From: a virus
Virus record (IMG/VR): IMGVR_UViG_3300037258_001195
Location: 1 to 64,000 of that record
DNA length: 64,000 nt
Strand: one strand, 5' to 3'
Each line of letters starts with the position of its first letter. Positions within the stretch are counted from its first letter, which is position 1. Made by a program: the position numbers and the translations under genes. The notes under the pieces are model-generated. The model did not search any database. It saw only the letters and a list, made by a program, of their open reading frames with translations, and was not told the DNA's origin. Shown piece by piece: positions 63,217-64,000 of this stretch.

Positions 63217-63814
63217 CGTCTGGTTCCTTTCTATCTGGGGTTACGTCGATGATTTCCTTCGGGCGAAGGTCCCGAGTTCCAATGTTGAAGGTGATTTTGG
63301 TCGGGATATTCGCGGCGGGCGTTGCGGTTTTCGGCGGCGCGACGGTTCGGTCGAGCGCCATTTGGCTAATCTGGCGCAGCTCTCCTAGGGGGATTTGCTT
63401 TCGCTGTTCGTCATCCTCTAGTCGGTCTCTAATTTCGGCCGACGCGGTTTTTGCGATGTCGATTAGCATGGCGTCGACTTCGACTTTGGCGTCGATGTTT
63501 GCGTCGGCCATCGAGGCTTGGTAGGTGGCTACCAGTTCCGAAAAGGCTGGGTCTTTGCAGAGGTCCGAAACTCGTTGGGGCGTGTAGCCGGTCAGGAGGG
63601 CGACTTCGCGCATCGACTTTCCCGCCGCAACGCCCTGCGCCGCGCGGTGATGTCGACTGTGAAGTCGCTGGATCATCTGGGGTCCGATTAATTTTCCGCC
63701 GCCGCTCATGGCGAGCGCTGCGAAATCGCCGGGGGTTAGCTCCCGCTCGACCTCCATCATAATCAGACTTCCGGGGCGGCCGCGTTTGGGAAGGAGATTG
63801 GTTGCATTGGACAT
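63209..63814 (-). CDS. HTH protein, candidate terminase small subunit of module B
   Basis: AAGGAG RBS; GKSMREVALLTGYTPQRVS HTH followed by helices and a disordered C-terminus. Confidence 0.55.
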   Translation of the reverse strand: MSNATNLLPKRGRPGSLIMMEVERELTPGDFAALAMSGGGKLIGPQMIQRLHSRHHRAAQGVAAGKSMREVALLTGYTPQRVSDLCKDPAFSELVATYQASMADANIDAKVEVDAMLIDIAKTASAEIRDRLEDDEQRKQIPLGELRQISQMALDRTVAPPKTATPAANIPTKITFNIGTRDLRPKEIIDVTPDRKEPDDD

Positions 63815-64000
63815 TTTTACTCTCCTTTCTAAATGCGGGATGAGGAGGTCTAGATTTTTCGCCGGAGATTGGTTGCATTTGTCATCTTCGTTCTCCTTCT
63901 CAAAAGGGGTTGGTTGGACCGAAGGAACATAAAAGTTGGGAATTTTCTGTGAACGCCTACTACGTTCTCTCACCGGTCCAGGCTTAGAGGGGACCCTATG

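Larger units (their letters stand above)
24532..64000 (-). mobile_element. Module B: prophage late region (continues beyond the window)
   Basis: Complete packaging-head-tail-lysis set, lower GC, phage-type accessory genes and tRNAs; left boundary approximate. Confidence 0.85.

Overview
The window holds two homologous, co-linear siphovirus-type head-tail-lysis modules in tandem, nearly all on the minus strand. Module A (about 1-24300) is very GC-rich by eye and carries host-type REP palindromes. It is compact and has no integrase, replication or repressor gene within the window. It has an RcGTA-g2-like large terminase, a small terminase lacking its N-terminal DNA-binding part, a short tape measure, an RcGTA-type tail tip (DUF2460/DUF2163/NlpC-P60/split tip protein) and a GH25 lysis cassette, so it looks like a domesticated gene-transfer-agent (GTA)-like element of a non-RcGTA capsid/portal lineage. 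Module B (about 24530-64000, running off the right edge; visibly lower GC) is the late region of a related prophage. It has the same capsid/tail lineage but a different terminase, a longer tape measure, a DUF3380 endolysin, a glycosyltransferase/methyltransferase/oxygenase block among its packaging and head genes, a tRNA-Gly and a chimeric tRNA-Pro-like gene. Both portals carry variable C-terminal cargo. In A this is a decayed YNPDEPRV-GGEW-linked Cys-rich domain coupled to a TPR gene and bracketed by a 39/40-bp direct repeat; in B it is a polyvalent-protein InPase-like domain. Several fibre-like proteins carry Sec/Tat signal peptides. The host is probably a high-GC alphaproteobacterium (inference). 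All family assignments are by motif recognition; no searches were run.
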